Positions 1 to 8,681 of a DNA stretch of 64,000 nucleotides are shown one piece after another; the stretch's first letter is position 1; each line of letters opens with the position of its first letter. A model generated the notes under the pieces. The model saw only the letters and a program-made list of their open reading frames with translations. It made no database searches and was not told where the DNA came from. Source of the stretch: an uncultured virus (IMG/VR IMGVR_UViG_3300020439_001801) (lineage: Duplodnaviria; Heunggongvirae; Uroviricota; Caudoviricetes); the IMG/VR virus record IMGVR_UViG_3300020439_001801. One strand, written 5' to 3'. Position numbers and translations under genes: made by a program.

Positions 1-236
1 ACAGTTCCTGCTTCTCTTAAATAATTTTGTACGGTATATCCTGTATAGTATGTTCCATCAGGTGTACCGAATATTTCTTCAAATTCTGATTGGGTATTTA
101 CGATTGTTGGTACAAATGCTGGTCCTTTCTTAAAAGGTCCAATCACTGCAGCTCCGATTTCTCCTATTCCTTGTGAAATAAAGGATAAATCGTTCTCTCT
201 TGTAAATACACCAGGTGATACGATTTTTTCTGCCAT
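1..236 (-). CDS. Tail sheath protein (T4 gp18-like), N-terminal part; runs off the window
   Basis: Not in the ORF track. Manual translation from ATG at 236 gives MAEKIVSPGVFTRENDLSFISQGIGEIGAAVIGPFKKGP, the typical SPGV..E.D / G...KGP sheath N-terminus. AAGGAG RBS upstream. Confidence 0.92.
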   Translation of the reverse strand, partial: MAEKIVSPGVFTRENDLSFISQGIGEIGAAVIGPFKKGPAFVPTIVNTQSEFEEIFGTPDGTYYTGYTVQNYLREAGT

Positions 237-275
237 TTTTTATTCTCCTTTAGTGATAATGTAATATTATACACA

Positions 276-284
276 TATAAGTAT
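276..284 (-). promoter_or_regulatory. Putative late promoter ATACTTATA
   Basis: Recurrent motif, upstream of the sheath gene. Confidence 0.7.
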
Positions 285-303
285 TAAATTGTTTTTCAAA
301 AAC

Positions 304-582
304 TTATTTTTTTTCTGTTGGAGCTGGGATAAATTCGCCTGTGGAAGGGTCTATTTCACCATCTCCATATTTTTTATTAAGTGCTTGATATAACTCATTT
401 TCTTTCTGAACCAGCTCATCGTGCTGATTTTCAAGCTTTTCTTCATCTTCATCAATTTGAAGATTTACGTTTCTTCTTCTAATTGCGATTCTTCCCAATT
501 CAAAAAATATTTGAGAAGCTTCGTTTCTAATAGAAGTAATACCTTCTATTTCTTCGTTTGTTAATTTTTGTGCTTTTGCCAT
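304..582 (-). CDS. Small coiled-coil hypothetical protein
   Basis: 92 aa helical, charged ORF with its own promoter motif upstream. Confidence 0.75.
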   Translation of the reverse strand: MAKAQKLTNEEIEGITSIRNEASQIFFELGRIAIRRRNVNLQIDEDEEKLENQHDELVQKENELYQALNKKYGDGEIDPSTGEFIPAPTEKK

Positions 583-618
583 TTTTACCTTAATTTAATG
601 TAACAATTTGTTAGTATA

Positions 619-627
619 TATAAATAT
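619..627 (-). promoter_or_regulatory. Putative late promoter ATATTTATA
   Basis: Recurrent motif upstream of 582, with TTACGTTT 13 nt further upstream. Confidence 0.7.
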
Positions 628-662
628 ATAGTTTTTTACTAAACGTAATTTTTTATCTTGTG

Positions 663-1961
663 TTAATCAACATAATTAAATGATAAAGTACCATAAGTAC
701 CAGCTAATCCTTGGTCAATTGCTCTAACCCTAAAATAATAAGTTTGTCCACCAACTAAACTAATTGATTGTCCAGCAAGATTTATAGATGTTGCTGACCA
801 TTCCGTTTCATCCCCATTATCTACTGGTGAACTATAATCAGAGTTTGGTGATAATGTCCAATCATAAGCAGTAATACCAGTAGTACCAACCGATGATGGT
901 GCTGTCCAACTTATAGTACCAGCCCCACTATTATATGTAATTGATGATGGTGCTCCAGGTGCTGCTAAATCAGTATGTGAATCTGAACCTTTGTTGTGAG
1001 TTAGATATCCATTTACTAAATAGGTATCTTGCACCTCAACATCCATCGATACTATCTCCACATCTTCGTTTTCTAATACAATAGATGTTACTTCAACTTC
1101 AGTTAATGAACCATCTACTGCTCTAATAAGTTTATCTCCCAATTCAATACTAATTAATCTTTTGAATCTGTACATTCCATCTGCTGAATCTTTTACCAAC
1201 ATCGGGTGTTCATGTGTACCTTTTACTTCACCATTATTAATATTGTATATTTTATTACTAAATGAATAAGTTATGTTAACAACTTTAACATTTTTTTGTG
1301 TTTCACCTAAATTATCAGTTGACCATTCTAAATAATTAGAATCAGAAGTTTCCGATAATCCTGCTAATGAGAATCCTTTTAATTCATCACCTTCTGATAA
1401 ATCTCCGATTTCAACCATCGTTCCATCTGCTTTTTCAATAGGTGAATCAGATACCAAACATAAAGATGCTGCGTTACCATCATATGAATCTACAGAATAT
1501 ACTGTTTTTGTTCTTGCTGAGTTATAGTTTGTAGCGTGGTCATTAAACCCATCAGCAAATGTTACCGATAATGTATGTGATGTTGCTCCTATTAAAGCGC
1601 CAGAGTTTACCATATCTCCAGCAGATAAAGTAATTGAACCACTACCAGCTCCAGCTTGTGAATATGATGCTGATGAAAAATAACTTCCACCACTCACACT
1701 CCAATCAAAATTTTTCTTTTGTTCTGATATCTTTGTAAATCTACCACCAGAACCAGTAAAGTTTAAAACATAATCTTCCGATGTGTTTTCTACTACATAT
1801 GTGAATCCTGATAAATTACCCACTTCATCTATAGCAAATGCTGACATTGATATTGGAGTTGCTACACTACCAGCTATAGTACCCATAGATTTGGTACTTT
1901 GGTCTGTAGCCGTTGCTAAGTTATTTAATGATAAAGTATCGCCTGATGATAGTGTTGCCAT
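663..1961 (-). CDS. Virion-type protein with internal Hint (intein-like) domain and C-terminal fibronectin type III domain
   Basis: Hint motifs CLVSDSPI, GTHEHP and YLVNGYLTHN. FN3 motifs ISWTAP, YDW and YYFRVRA. AGGAG RBS. Confidence 0.85.
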   Translation of the reverse strand: MATLSSGDTLSLNNLATATDQSTKSMGTIAGSVATPISMSAFAIDEVGNLSGFTYVVENTSEDYVLNFTGSGGRFTKISEQKKNFDWSVSGGSYFSSASYSQAGAGSGSITLSAGDMVNSGALIGATSHTLSVTFADGFNDHATNYNSARTKTVYSVDSYDGNAASLCLVSDSPIEKADGTMVEIGDLSEGDELKGFSLAGLSETSDSNYLEWSTDNLGETQKNVKVVNITYSFSNKIYNINNGEVKGTHEHPMLVKDSADGMYRFKRLISIELGDKLIRAVDGSLTEVEVTSIVLENEDVEIVSMDVEVQDTYLVNGYLTHNKGSDSHTDLAAPGAPSSITYNSGAGTISWTAPSSVGTTGITAYDWTLSPNSDYSSPVDNGDETEWSATSINLAGQSISLVGGQTYYFRVRAIDQGLAGTYGTLSFNYVD

Positions 1962-1969
1962 AAATTCTC

Positions 1970-2965
1970 CTATATGTTATAAATATTTAATAACGAATCA
2001 ATCCACAATTGTTTGTCTGAATAATTATCAATCATATAGTTTTTTATCTTATTGAACCAATAATTTTTCGTTTCATATGTATCACTACATATCTTATTAT
2101 AAATATCTACAAATTCAGTTTTAGATGAAACTCGGTATGGATACTCAAAATCTTTACACCAAGTTGAATGTAAAATAGGTAATTTTCCTCTATCTACTGC
2201 CTCAAATATACCATACCCAAAAGGTTCTGATGTGAATGCTGAATGAGATATTCCCCAATCCATATTGTAAAACTTATCTTTAAAGTTACTATAATAATGA
2301 TAAATCTTTGCTTTATCATAATTTAAACCAACTGCGTTTTTCCAAAATGTGTTAAACTCAAAAGAGTTTGTAAAAATAAAACATTTTTGATTTTCTAAAT
2401 AATGTGGATTTTTTCTACCTTCACATCTAGCAGCAAATCCTAATCCATTTGATTTACTTAAAGGTAAGTTATGTTTAAATTCATAATAATTATTAATTAC
2501 CTGATTCTTTATCAGAATATCAAATAAACCTACCCATATAGAATGAGTTGCCCATTCGTTTACTTCCTTTTCCCATTTTGAATCTAACCACGGATGCCAA
2601 CCGATTCTAGCATCTGTAACAACTTGTGATTTTAAAATATGGTCAACTGAATTATGTAAGATATTTGAATGAATCTTATCTTTGTTATTTACTATAGCTT
2701 TCATTGGAGTATAGTGTCCATGCAATATGTTTATTCTTCTTGCTCCATCACATATCTTTTCAAATTCACCAACATTATCTCCTTGCCAATGAGTTTCTAT
2801 TGGAAATTGAAAATCTTCAAATCCTTCGGGTTTGTTTCGGTGAATAAGTAAAACCGGTCTTACTTTTAAATGTGGTACAACGTTTTCTAAAAAATCATTT
2901 ACCCACAAATCAGTTCCAGCGTTGACCCAAGGCCCGCCACCAGTTGTGTAATAAACATCGTACAT
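1970..2965 (-). CDS. GT-B fold glycosyltransferase (GT4-like)
   Basis: N-terminal GG..AG.D.WV loop, R...RK.P and EPFGYGIFEAVDRGKLPI (E-x7-E motif). Paralogue of 60922..61908. Confidence 0.75.
   Translation of the reverse strand: MYDVYYTTGGGPWVNAGTDLWVNDFLENVVPHLKVRPVLLIHRNKPEGFEDFQFPIETHWQGDNVGEFEKICDGARRINILHGHYTPMKAIVNNKDKIHSNILHNSVDHILKSQVVTDARIGWHPWLDSKWEKEVNEWATHSIWVGLFDILIKNQVINNYYEFKHNLPLSKSNGLGFAARCEGRKNPHYLENQKCFIFTNSFEFNTFWKNAVGLNYDKAKIYHYYSNFKDKFYNMDWGISHSAFTSEPFGYGIFEAVDRGKLPILHSTWCKDFEYPYRVSSKTEFVDIYNKICSDTYETKNYWFNKIKNYMIDNYSDKQLWIDSLLNIYNI
1978..1986 (-). promoter_or_regulatory. Putative late promoter ATATTTATA
   Basis: Embedded in the 3' end of the GT gene, upstream of 1961. 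Confidence 0.6.
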
Positions 2966-4987
2966 TTATTTGATTTTTGATTCTAACTCTTCTACTCGTT
3001 TGATAAGTTCTTTATTTGATTCTATAAGTAGAGCTACTATCTTTTCATATTTTACGGCTTTGTATCCGTTATCTCTTGTTTCTACAATCTCTGGTAAAAC
3101 TTTTTCTACCTCTTGTGCAATTACACCTATATCTTTTTTACCTTTGAATACTTCGTGCTTATCATTCCATACGAATGTGTTACCACTTAGTAATTTAATT
3201 TTTTCATTTGGATTCTCAATTGGTGTGATGAAATCCTTATATCTCTCATCCGAAGAAGCGTATGCTACAACATCTTCACCAACATTAAGTGTTTTTGCGA
3301 TACCAACACCACCATCTATTACTACAGTACCAGTTGTTTTAGATGTTGATTGAGTAGTACCATCAAAGTTGACTATTCCAGCCATATCAGAACCATCAGT
3401 TGTTGTTCTAATTCTTTGAACATTGTTATATCTAAGTTCTACATAAGTTTTGGCTGTGTTTGATGTATCTGTACCTAATATTATTACGTTTTGTGCAGTA
3501 CCACTTGTATTTTCGCATTGGAAGTAAACTTCCCCAGCATGTCTTTTTGATTGGAAAAAAGTATTTGTACCATCATCATTAATTACAAAATCAGCACCTG
3601 TACCTATTTCAAGATTAGTACTATCGGGTACATTAAGACCACCACTAAATGTTATTTTTGAACCAGCACTATCAGTAGCATCACTTCTTAAAAATGAACC
3701 AGCTGATATTCCTCCTACAGTCTGTGCATTTGAACCTGTTGATGTTAAGAATCCACTATCGTTATTAAAGATTGAAAGAGGAATATTACCTGCTGTTGTT
3801 TTTCTTTCTGCATTTCCATCTAATACAATAAAGAAATCGCCAACAGAATTCGAAAATCCTGTTGTTTCAGAAAATTCTGAAAGGTCTAATGTGATACTTG
3901 GTGTTGTTGTTCCATCTTCAACATCTAAACCAGTACCTACTGTTACATTTGTTACTGTACCTGTATTAGTTGTAAATGCCGTTGAATTAAATGCGTTTGA
4001 ACCAAGAGTTCTTTTTGATAACTCATTACTAGAGTCTATCATTACTGCAGTTGTTTCTGTTGTGGCGGATAATCCAGTAAATTGTATTACATCTTCAGAT
4101 AGTAAAGTACCAGTAACAGTAGGATTAGCTATTTCTAAATTTCCAAATGATGTTATTTGAGCTGCTCCAGATATAATACCTTGTCCTAATTTTTTAGTAT
4201 ATAATGTATCTGATTCTGTTTCAGTATAATATCTTCCATCTAAATTTACTGTACCTGCAGTTGCGGTGGTAACGTGTCCATTAGAATCTAATGTAATTGT
4301 TAAATCTTGTAATACAGTACCATTTGAATTATTTTGTGATATATTTGAACCAGCACTTATATTTGGGTGTGCAGTTAAATAAGAACCAGTTGCTGCATTC
4401 AATGAAGTGTTTAATACTTCATCATCTAAATATGTTTTATCAATAACACTACCATTCCAAGTACCAGCAGATATTGTTCCTGCATCTGCGATACCACCAC
4501 CGAAAGTAGCAGCACCTGCTTCAGACATATCTAAGGTAAGAGCATCTATTGTTACTCCAGCATCTTGTCCTCTGAATATTATATCTTCATTATTTGCTTC
4601 TGATTTAATAATAAAATCTGAAGAATCTCTTTTAAATCTACCAAATGCAGTACCACCATCTTTTAATATGATATCAGTACCATCTACATCTATATTTAAA
4701 TCACCACCTATATCTAAGGTTAAATCACCACTATCTGAAATTGTAGAACCATTAATTGTAATATCATCTACTGTCAATTGTCCTACGATAGAAACTGAAC
4801 CTGTAGTTATGGAATCAGTAGTTACAATGTGTTCAATAGTAATAGGATTACCTTCAGCAGACTTATCTTTTTTAAAGAATACTCTACCATCGAATGTGTT
4901 AATTGCTATTTCCCCTAAAGCAAGTTGTGAAGTAGTAGGTACTTTACCTTCGGTTGATGAACGCCTTAATTTTATTGTCTGTGCCAT
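2966..4987 (-). CDS. Tail fibre/spike with C-terminal intramolecular chaperone (peptidase S74)
   Basis: N-terminal IKLRRS...P...L..GEIAIN..DG.VF fibre motif. C-terminal SSDERYK...GVIAQEVEKVLPE...V.YEKI plus coiled coil. Confidence 0.9.
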   Translation of the reverse strand: MAQTIKLRRSSTEGKVPTTSQLALGEIAINTFDGRVFFKKDKSAEGNPITIEHIVTTDSITTGSVSIVGQLTVDDITINGSTISDSGDLTLDIGGDLNIDVDGTDIILKDGGTAFGRFKRDSSDFIIKSEANNEDIIFRGQDAGVTIDALTLDMSEAGAATFGGGIADAGTISAGTWNGSVIDKTYLDDEVLNTSLNAATGSYLTAHPNISAGSNISQNNSNGTVLQDLTITLDSNGHVTTATAGTVNLDGRYYTETESDTLYTKKLGQGIISGAAQITSFGNLEIANPTVTGTLLSEDVIQFTGLSATTETTAVMIDSSNELSKRTLGSNAFNSTAFTTNTGTVTNVTVGTGLDVEDGTTTPSITLDLSEFSETTGFSNSVGDFFIVLDGNAERKTTAGNIPLSIFNNDSGFLTSTGSNAQTVGGISAGSFLRSDATDSAGSKITFSGGLNVPDSTNLEIGTGADFVINDDGTNTFFQSKRHAGEVYFQCENTSGTAQNVIILGTDTSNTAKTYVELRYNNVQRIRTTTDGSDMAGIVNFDGTTQSTSKTTGTVVIDGGVGIAKTLNVGEDVVAYASSDERYKDFITPIENPNEKIKLLSGNTFVWNDKHEVFKGKKDIGVIAQEVEKVLPEIVETRDNGYKAVKYEKIVALLIESNKELIKRVEELESKIK

Positions 4988-4999
4988 TTAACTAAAATT

Positions 5000-7900
5000 C
5001 TATTTAGATTTCAGTTCCTCAATTTCTTTTTTCAATTCTTTAATTGATTCAATCAGTAAAGGAACAATCTTGTCATATTTTACTGCTAAGTAACCGTTAT
5101 CCCTTGTATCTACAAGTTCAGGCATCACTTTTTGGATTTCCTGTGCGATTACTCCATAGTCTTTACCATTATAAATATTCTGTTTTTCACTATTCCAATC
5201 AAAAGTGTTACCACTAATCTGTGAAATAACCTCTAATGGGTTTTCGATTGGTTTAATATTATCTTTTAATCTTTCATCTGATGATGCGTATGCGATTACA
5301 TCACCACCAGCGTTTATTGTATTGTTTACACCTAAACCACCACCGATGATAACTGCACCAGTTGTTTTAGATGTTGAATCCGTTGAATTAGAAAACTCCA
5401 CTGCAACATTCGTTACTGAGCCACTTGTGGTTACTTGTTGAAGTGTACCAACACCTCCTCCGCCTCCACCACCTCCGGTGGATGCGATTGTTAAAGTACC
5501 ACTACCAGATGTTATTGTTACATTAGAACCAGGAACTAAATTACTTACTAAATATCCTGGTTTATCAGTTACATCAGAGAATGCTACAGAACCAGTCGAT
5601 GTTAAGTAAGAACCAGTAGCTGCGTTTAGAGATTCATTAGAAATAGTAGAATTAGCTAATTGAGCCGAACCACTAATTACTCCATTAGTTGCTGCTATTG
5701 AACCAACTACTCTACCGAATGAACCTGTTATAGATGTACTAGAACCACTTATGTTACTATGAAGAATAACATTATCAGAGTTGATTTCTACAACGTTAGT
5801 CATAGCACCACCACTTCCACCTGCTCTTACATTGAAATACATTGAGGCAGGATAAATAGCACTTCCCCATTCTGCTCTTGACCTAACATCAATTTGTGCA
5901 CCTTCAAAATATTCTGGTAGACCAGAGGCATCATCTGCACCTCTAAACCCTATTTTACCCAAACTTTGAGAAACTATAATAGAAGTATCGTTATCGTAGA
6001 AATTTAATTCACCAGCAGTAAGTGTTGTAGTATATTGATTATCATCTAAATCTAATTGAGTAGCAGATAGATTTGATAATAAAGAAGTAGTACCAAGCTG
6101 TGTAGTTCCTACTTGTCCATCTGCTTCGATTGATAAGGCAGTAAGTTCTGACCCATTACTTGGTAATGAATTAGCTCTGATTGTATCAGTTACTATATGT
6201 CCAAATGAACCACTAGCAGATGCGCTAATACTATTACCTACATATAAGTTTTTAGCTATACCTACACCACCTGTTATTGTAAGCGCACCTGTTGAAGTGG
6301 AAGTTGATTGAGTTGAAGATAATACTTTCCAATTAGTACCATTATGTTCAAGTGCATTACCTGAGTTAGTTCGGTAGAGTAGGAAATTATTATTAGCGTT
6401 TATAATGGTTGCGGTTGAACCATTATCTTCTTCTTTTAATTGAATTGTACCGTTTGAACCTCCCTCATTAGTATCTCCTATAGTTAATGTATCATCATTT
6501 GTAAATGTAAATGCAGAAGAATCTTTTATTTCTCCTCCACCACCAACTATAACAACTCTATCATTTGTTAAATCAGTTACAGTAAGAGATGCTATACTTG
6601 CATCATCTGATATTTTTAAATCAGCGAATGAAGCTGATGCTGAACCACTAAGGTGTGATGTTATTTCTTGTGTACCAGTTACTCTTAGTATTGAACCATC
6701 AAATGTTAAGTTTTGTGATGAATCTACTCCATGTGTACCTGTAAATGTTGTGATTTGATTATCTACACCACTACCACTAATTACAGAATCACCATTTGAT
6801 AACATTATTTTGTGTTCTGAATCTTTTGCTCCTGCTATCCAATAATCATTTGTAGAATCCCAAAGTAATGAACCAGATGTTAAAGTACCATCTGCATCAC
6901 CAACATAGATACCACCATTTCCAGTAGCTCCTAAATAATTTAATTCGATTATCCTATCACCAATTGTAACGTTTGATGATGAAACGTATGTTGTTTCTCC
7001 GTTTACAGTAAGATTACCTGTAATTGTTAAGTTATCATTTACTGTTGTTTCCGAAGTTGTATGCCCAATAGAAATTGGTACACCAGAAGTTGCCGTACCT
7101 ATAGAAATACCACCTGTTGTATCTGTAGTATCTATTGTAATATCATCTGATGCATCTATATCTAAAGCTATTGAATTTATATCTATATTTGATGGAAGAG
7201 TATTTCCGATAAAAATACCTGAAAGAGTATCTAATCTAAAATTACCACCAGCATCAACATCAATATTACCACTACCACTAAGTGTAATATGACTACTAGC
7301 ATCTATATCTAAAGTACTTGCATCTATATCTATTGGTTTGTCTGTAGTAGTACCTATGTTTATTCCAGTTTCAGAATCTATACTCAAAGTACCCGAAGAG
7401 GATATAGCAGTTGTACTTTCACCATTTATTGTAATTGCACCACTAGCATCTACATCAAATGTACTAGCATCTATATCAATTGGTTTATCTTTATCTGTAC
7501 CTATAGAAATGGATGTATCTGAATCTAATGTTAATGCTCCAGCAGCGTTTACATCAAATACACCACTACCACTAATAGTAATTGCACCACTAGCATCTAT
7601 ATCTAAAGTTGATGAATCTACATCGATTGGTACATCAGCTTCTACACCGATATCAATACCTGTAGAACCATCTAGTGTTAATTTTCCTCCATCTGCATCT
7701 ACATCTACGTTAGCTGAACCATTTATTGTTACGGAGTTACCCTCCATTCTTACTGGTACTCTTTCTTCTAAACCAATATGAATTCCTTCTTCACCATCTA
7801 ACGATGCGGTTGTACCAGCAGCTATAGCTATTTTGGAGTTTGATGCATCAATTGTAATATCACCACTTGAATCAATATCCAAGGTAGTAGAATCAATATC

Positions 7901-8569
7901 AATAGGGGCATCTGAGTTAGTACCTATACTAATTGAAGTTGGTGAATCTATTTTTAATGCACCTGATGAAGAAACTGATAAAGTTCCTTGTCCATCAAAT
8001 GTTGTATTTCCCGTAACATCTACATCTAAATAACTTCCAACATCCAAATGTGTAAATGTACCAGATGAAGCTGAAATATATGTATCTGAATGTAAATCGA
8101 TTGGTCCACCAATAACATAAAGTGAACCTGATAAGTTTAAATTAGAAAAATAAGCGGTTTTCCATCTTTGAGAATCAGAACCTAAATCAAATGAATCATC
8201 ATTATTTGGTATAAATGATGAACTAATATCTGCTTTGAATACTACATTATCATCAGAAGCATCACCGAAATCCAGTCCACTTCCCCCCATTGTGATGTTT
8301 CCTCTTACTGTTGCGTTACCATCTAATAATAAGTTAGATGCACTTACATCACCAGTTGTTAAGAATGAACCAGTGTTAATTGAATCTATTGTTGCTACTC
8401 TATAACCTACATTTCCAGCCGAAATACTGGGTGAAACCTCCGTATTTGCGTATGTACTTACACCACCACTTATGATTAATGTGTTAGCGTCAGTAAAGAA
8501 AATTGGTTCTGCGTATGCTAAAGAGCCCGTTTCGGTATAATTACCCTGTTTGAATATCAGTACTGCCAT
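5000..8569 (-). CDS. Long tail fibre with repetitive beta-strand shaft and S74 chaperone
   Basis: Repeats of PIDIDAST LDIDASG.ITI. C-terminal SSDERLKDNI...GVIAQE...V.YDKI. Confidence 0.9.
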   Translation of the reverse strand: MAVLIFKQGNYTETGSLAYAEPIFFTDANTLIISGGVSTYANTEVSPSISAGNVGYRVATIDSINTGSFLTTGDVSASNLLLDGNATVRGNITMGGSGLDFGDASDDNVVFKADISSSFIPNNDDSFDLGSDSQRWKTAYFSNLNLSGSLYVIGGPIDLHSDTYISASSGTFTHLDVGSYLDVDVTGNTTFDGQGTLSVSSSGALKIDSPTSISIGTNSDAPIDIDSTTLDIDSSGDITIDASNSKIAIAAGTTASLDGEEGIHIGLEERVPVRMEGNSVTINGSANVDVDADGGKLTLDGSTGIDIGVEADVPIDVDSSTLDIDASGAITISGSGVFDVNAAGALTLDSDTSISIGTDKDKPIDIDASTFDVDASGAITINGESTTAISSSGTLSIDSETGINIGTTTDKPIDIDASTLDIDASSHITLSGSGNIDVDAGGNFRLDTLSGIFIGNTLPSNIDINSIALDIDASDDITIDTTDTTGGISIGTATSGVPISIGHTTSETTVNDNLTITGNLTVNGETTYVSSSNVTIGDRIIELNYLGATGNGGIYVGDADGTLTSGSLLWDSTNDYWIAGAKDSEHKIMLSNGDSVISGSGVDNQITTFTGTHGVDSSQNLTFDGSILRVTGTQEITSHLSGSASASFADLKISDDASIASLTVTDLTNDRVVIVGGGGEIKDSSAFTFTNDDTLTIGDTNEGGSNGTIQLKEEDNGSTATIINANNNFLLYRTNSGNALEHNGTNWKVLSSTQSTSTSTGALTITGGVGIAKNLYVGNSISASASGSFGHIVTDTIRANSLPSNGSELTALSIEADGQVGTTQLGTTSLLSNLSATQLDLDDNQYTTTLTAGELNFYDNDTSIIVSQSLGKIGFRGADDASGLPEYFEGAQIDVRSRAEWGSAIYPASMYFNVRAGGSGGAMTNVVEINSDNVILHSNISGSSTSITGSFGRVVGSIAATNGVISGSAQLANSTISNESLNAATGSYLTSTGSVAFSDVTDKPGYLVSNLVPGSNVTITSGSGTLTIASTGGGGGGGGVGTLQQVTTSGSVTNVAVEFSNSTDSTSKTTGAVIIGGGLGVNNTINAGGDVIAYASSDERLKDNIKPIENPLEVISQISGNTFDWNSEKQNIYNGKDYGVIAQEIQKVMPELVDTRDNGYLAVKYDKIVPLLIESIKELKKEIEELKSK

Positions 8570-8599
8570 TTATTTGTAAACCCCTATAAGTTCTATAGT

Positions 8600-8608
8600 A
8601 ATAAATAT
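8600..8608 (-). promoter_or_regulatory. Putative late promoter ATATTTATT
   Basis: One mismatch. Lies between the terminator and the 8569 start. Confidence 0.6.
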
Positions 8609-8626
8609 ATAGAATATAAATTAACC

Positions 8627-8660
8627 AAAAAAAATCCCCAATCTTTCGAAAGGGGATTTC
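8627..8660 (-). terminator. Intrinsic terminator
   Basis: Minus strand reads AAATCCCC-loop-GGGGATTT followed by a T run, just downstream of the 8682 stop. Confidence 0.85.
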
Positions 8661-8681
8661 TTATTTTTATCATTTTACTGA

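Noticed and set aside
993..1460. Mobile homing intein
   Set aside because: No endonuclease domain, no Cys/Ser/Thr at +1, and the host protein is not a conserved enzyme.
2966..5380. Similar 3' ends of two fibre genes as a diversity-generating retroelement TR/VR pair
   Set aside because: Both copies are coding S74 chaperone regions, the differences are not adenine-specific, and no reverse transcriptase is present in the window.
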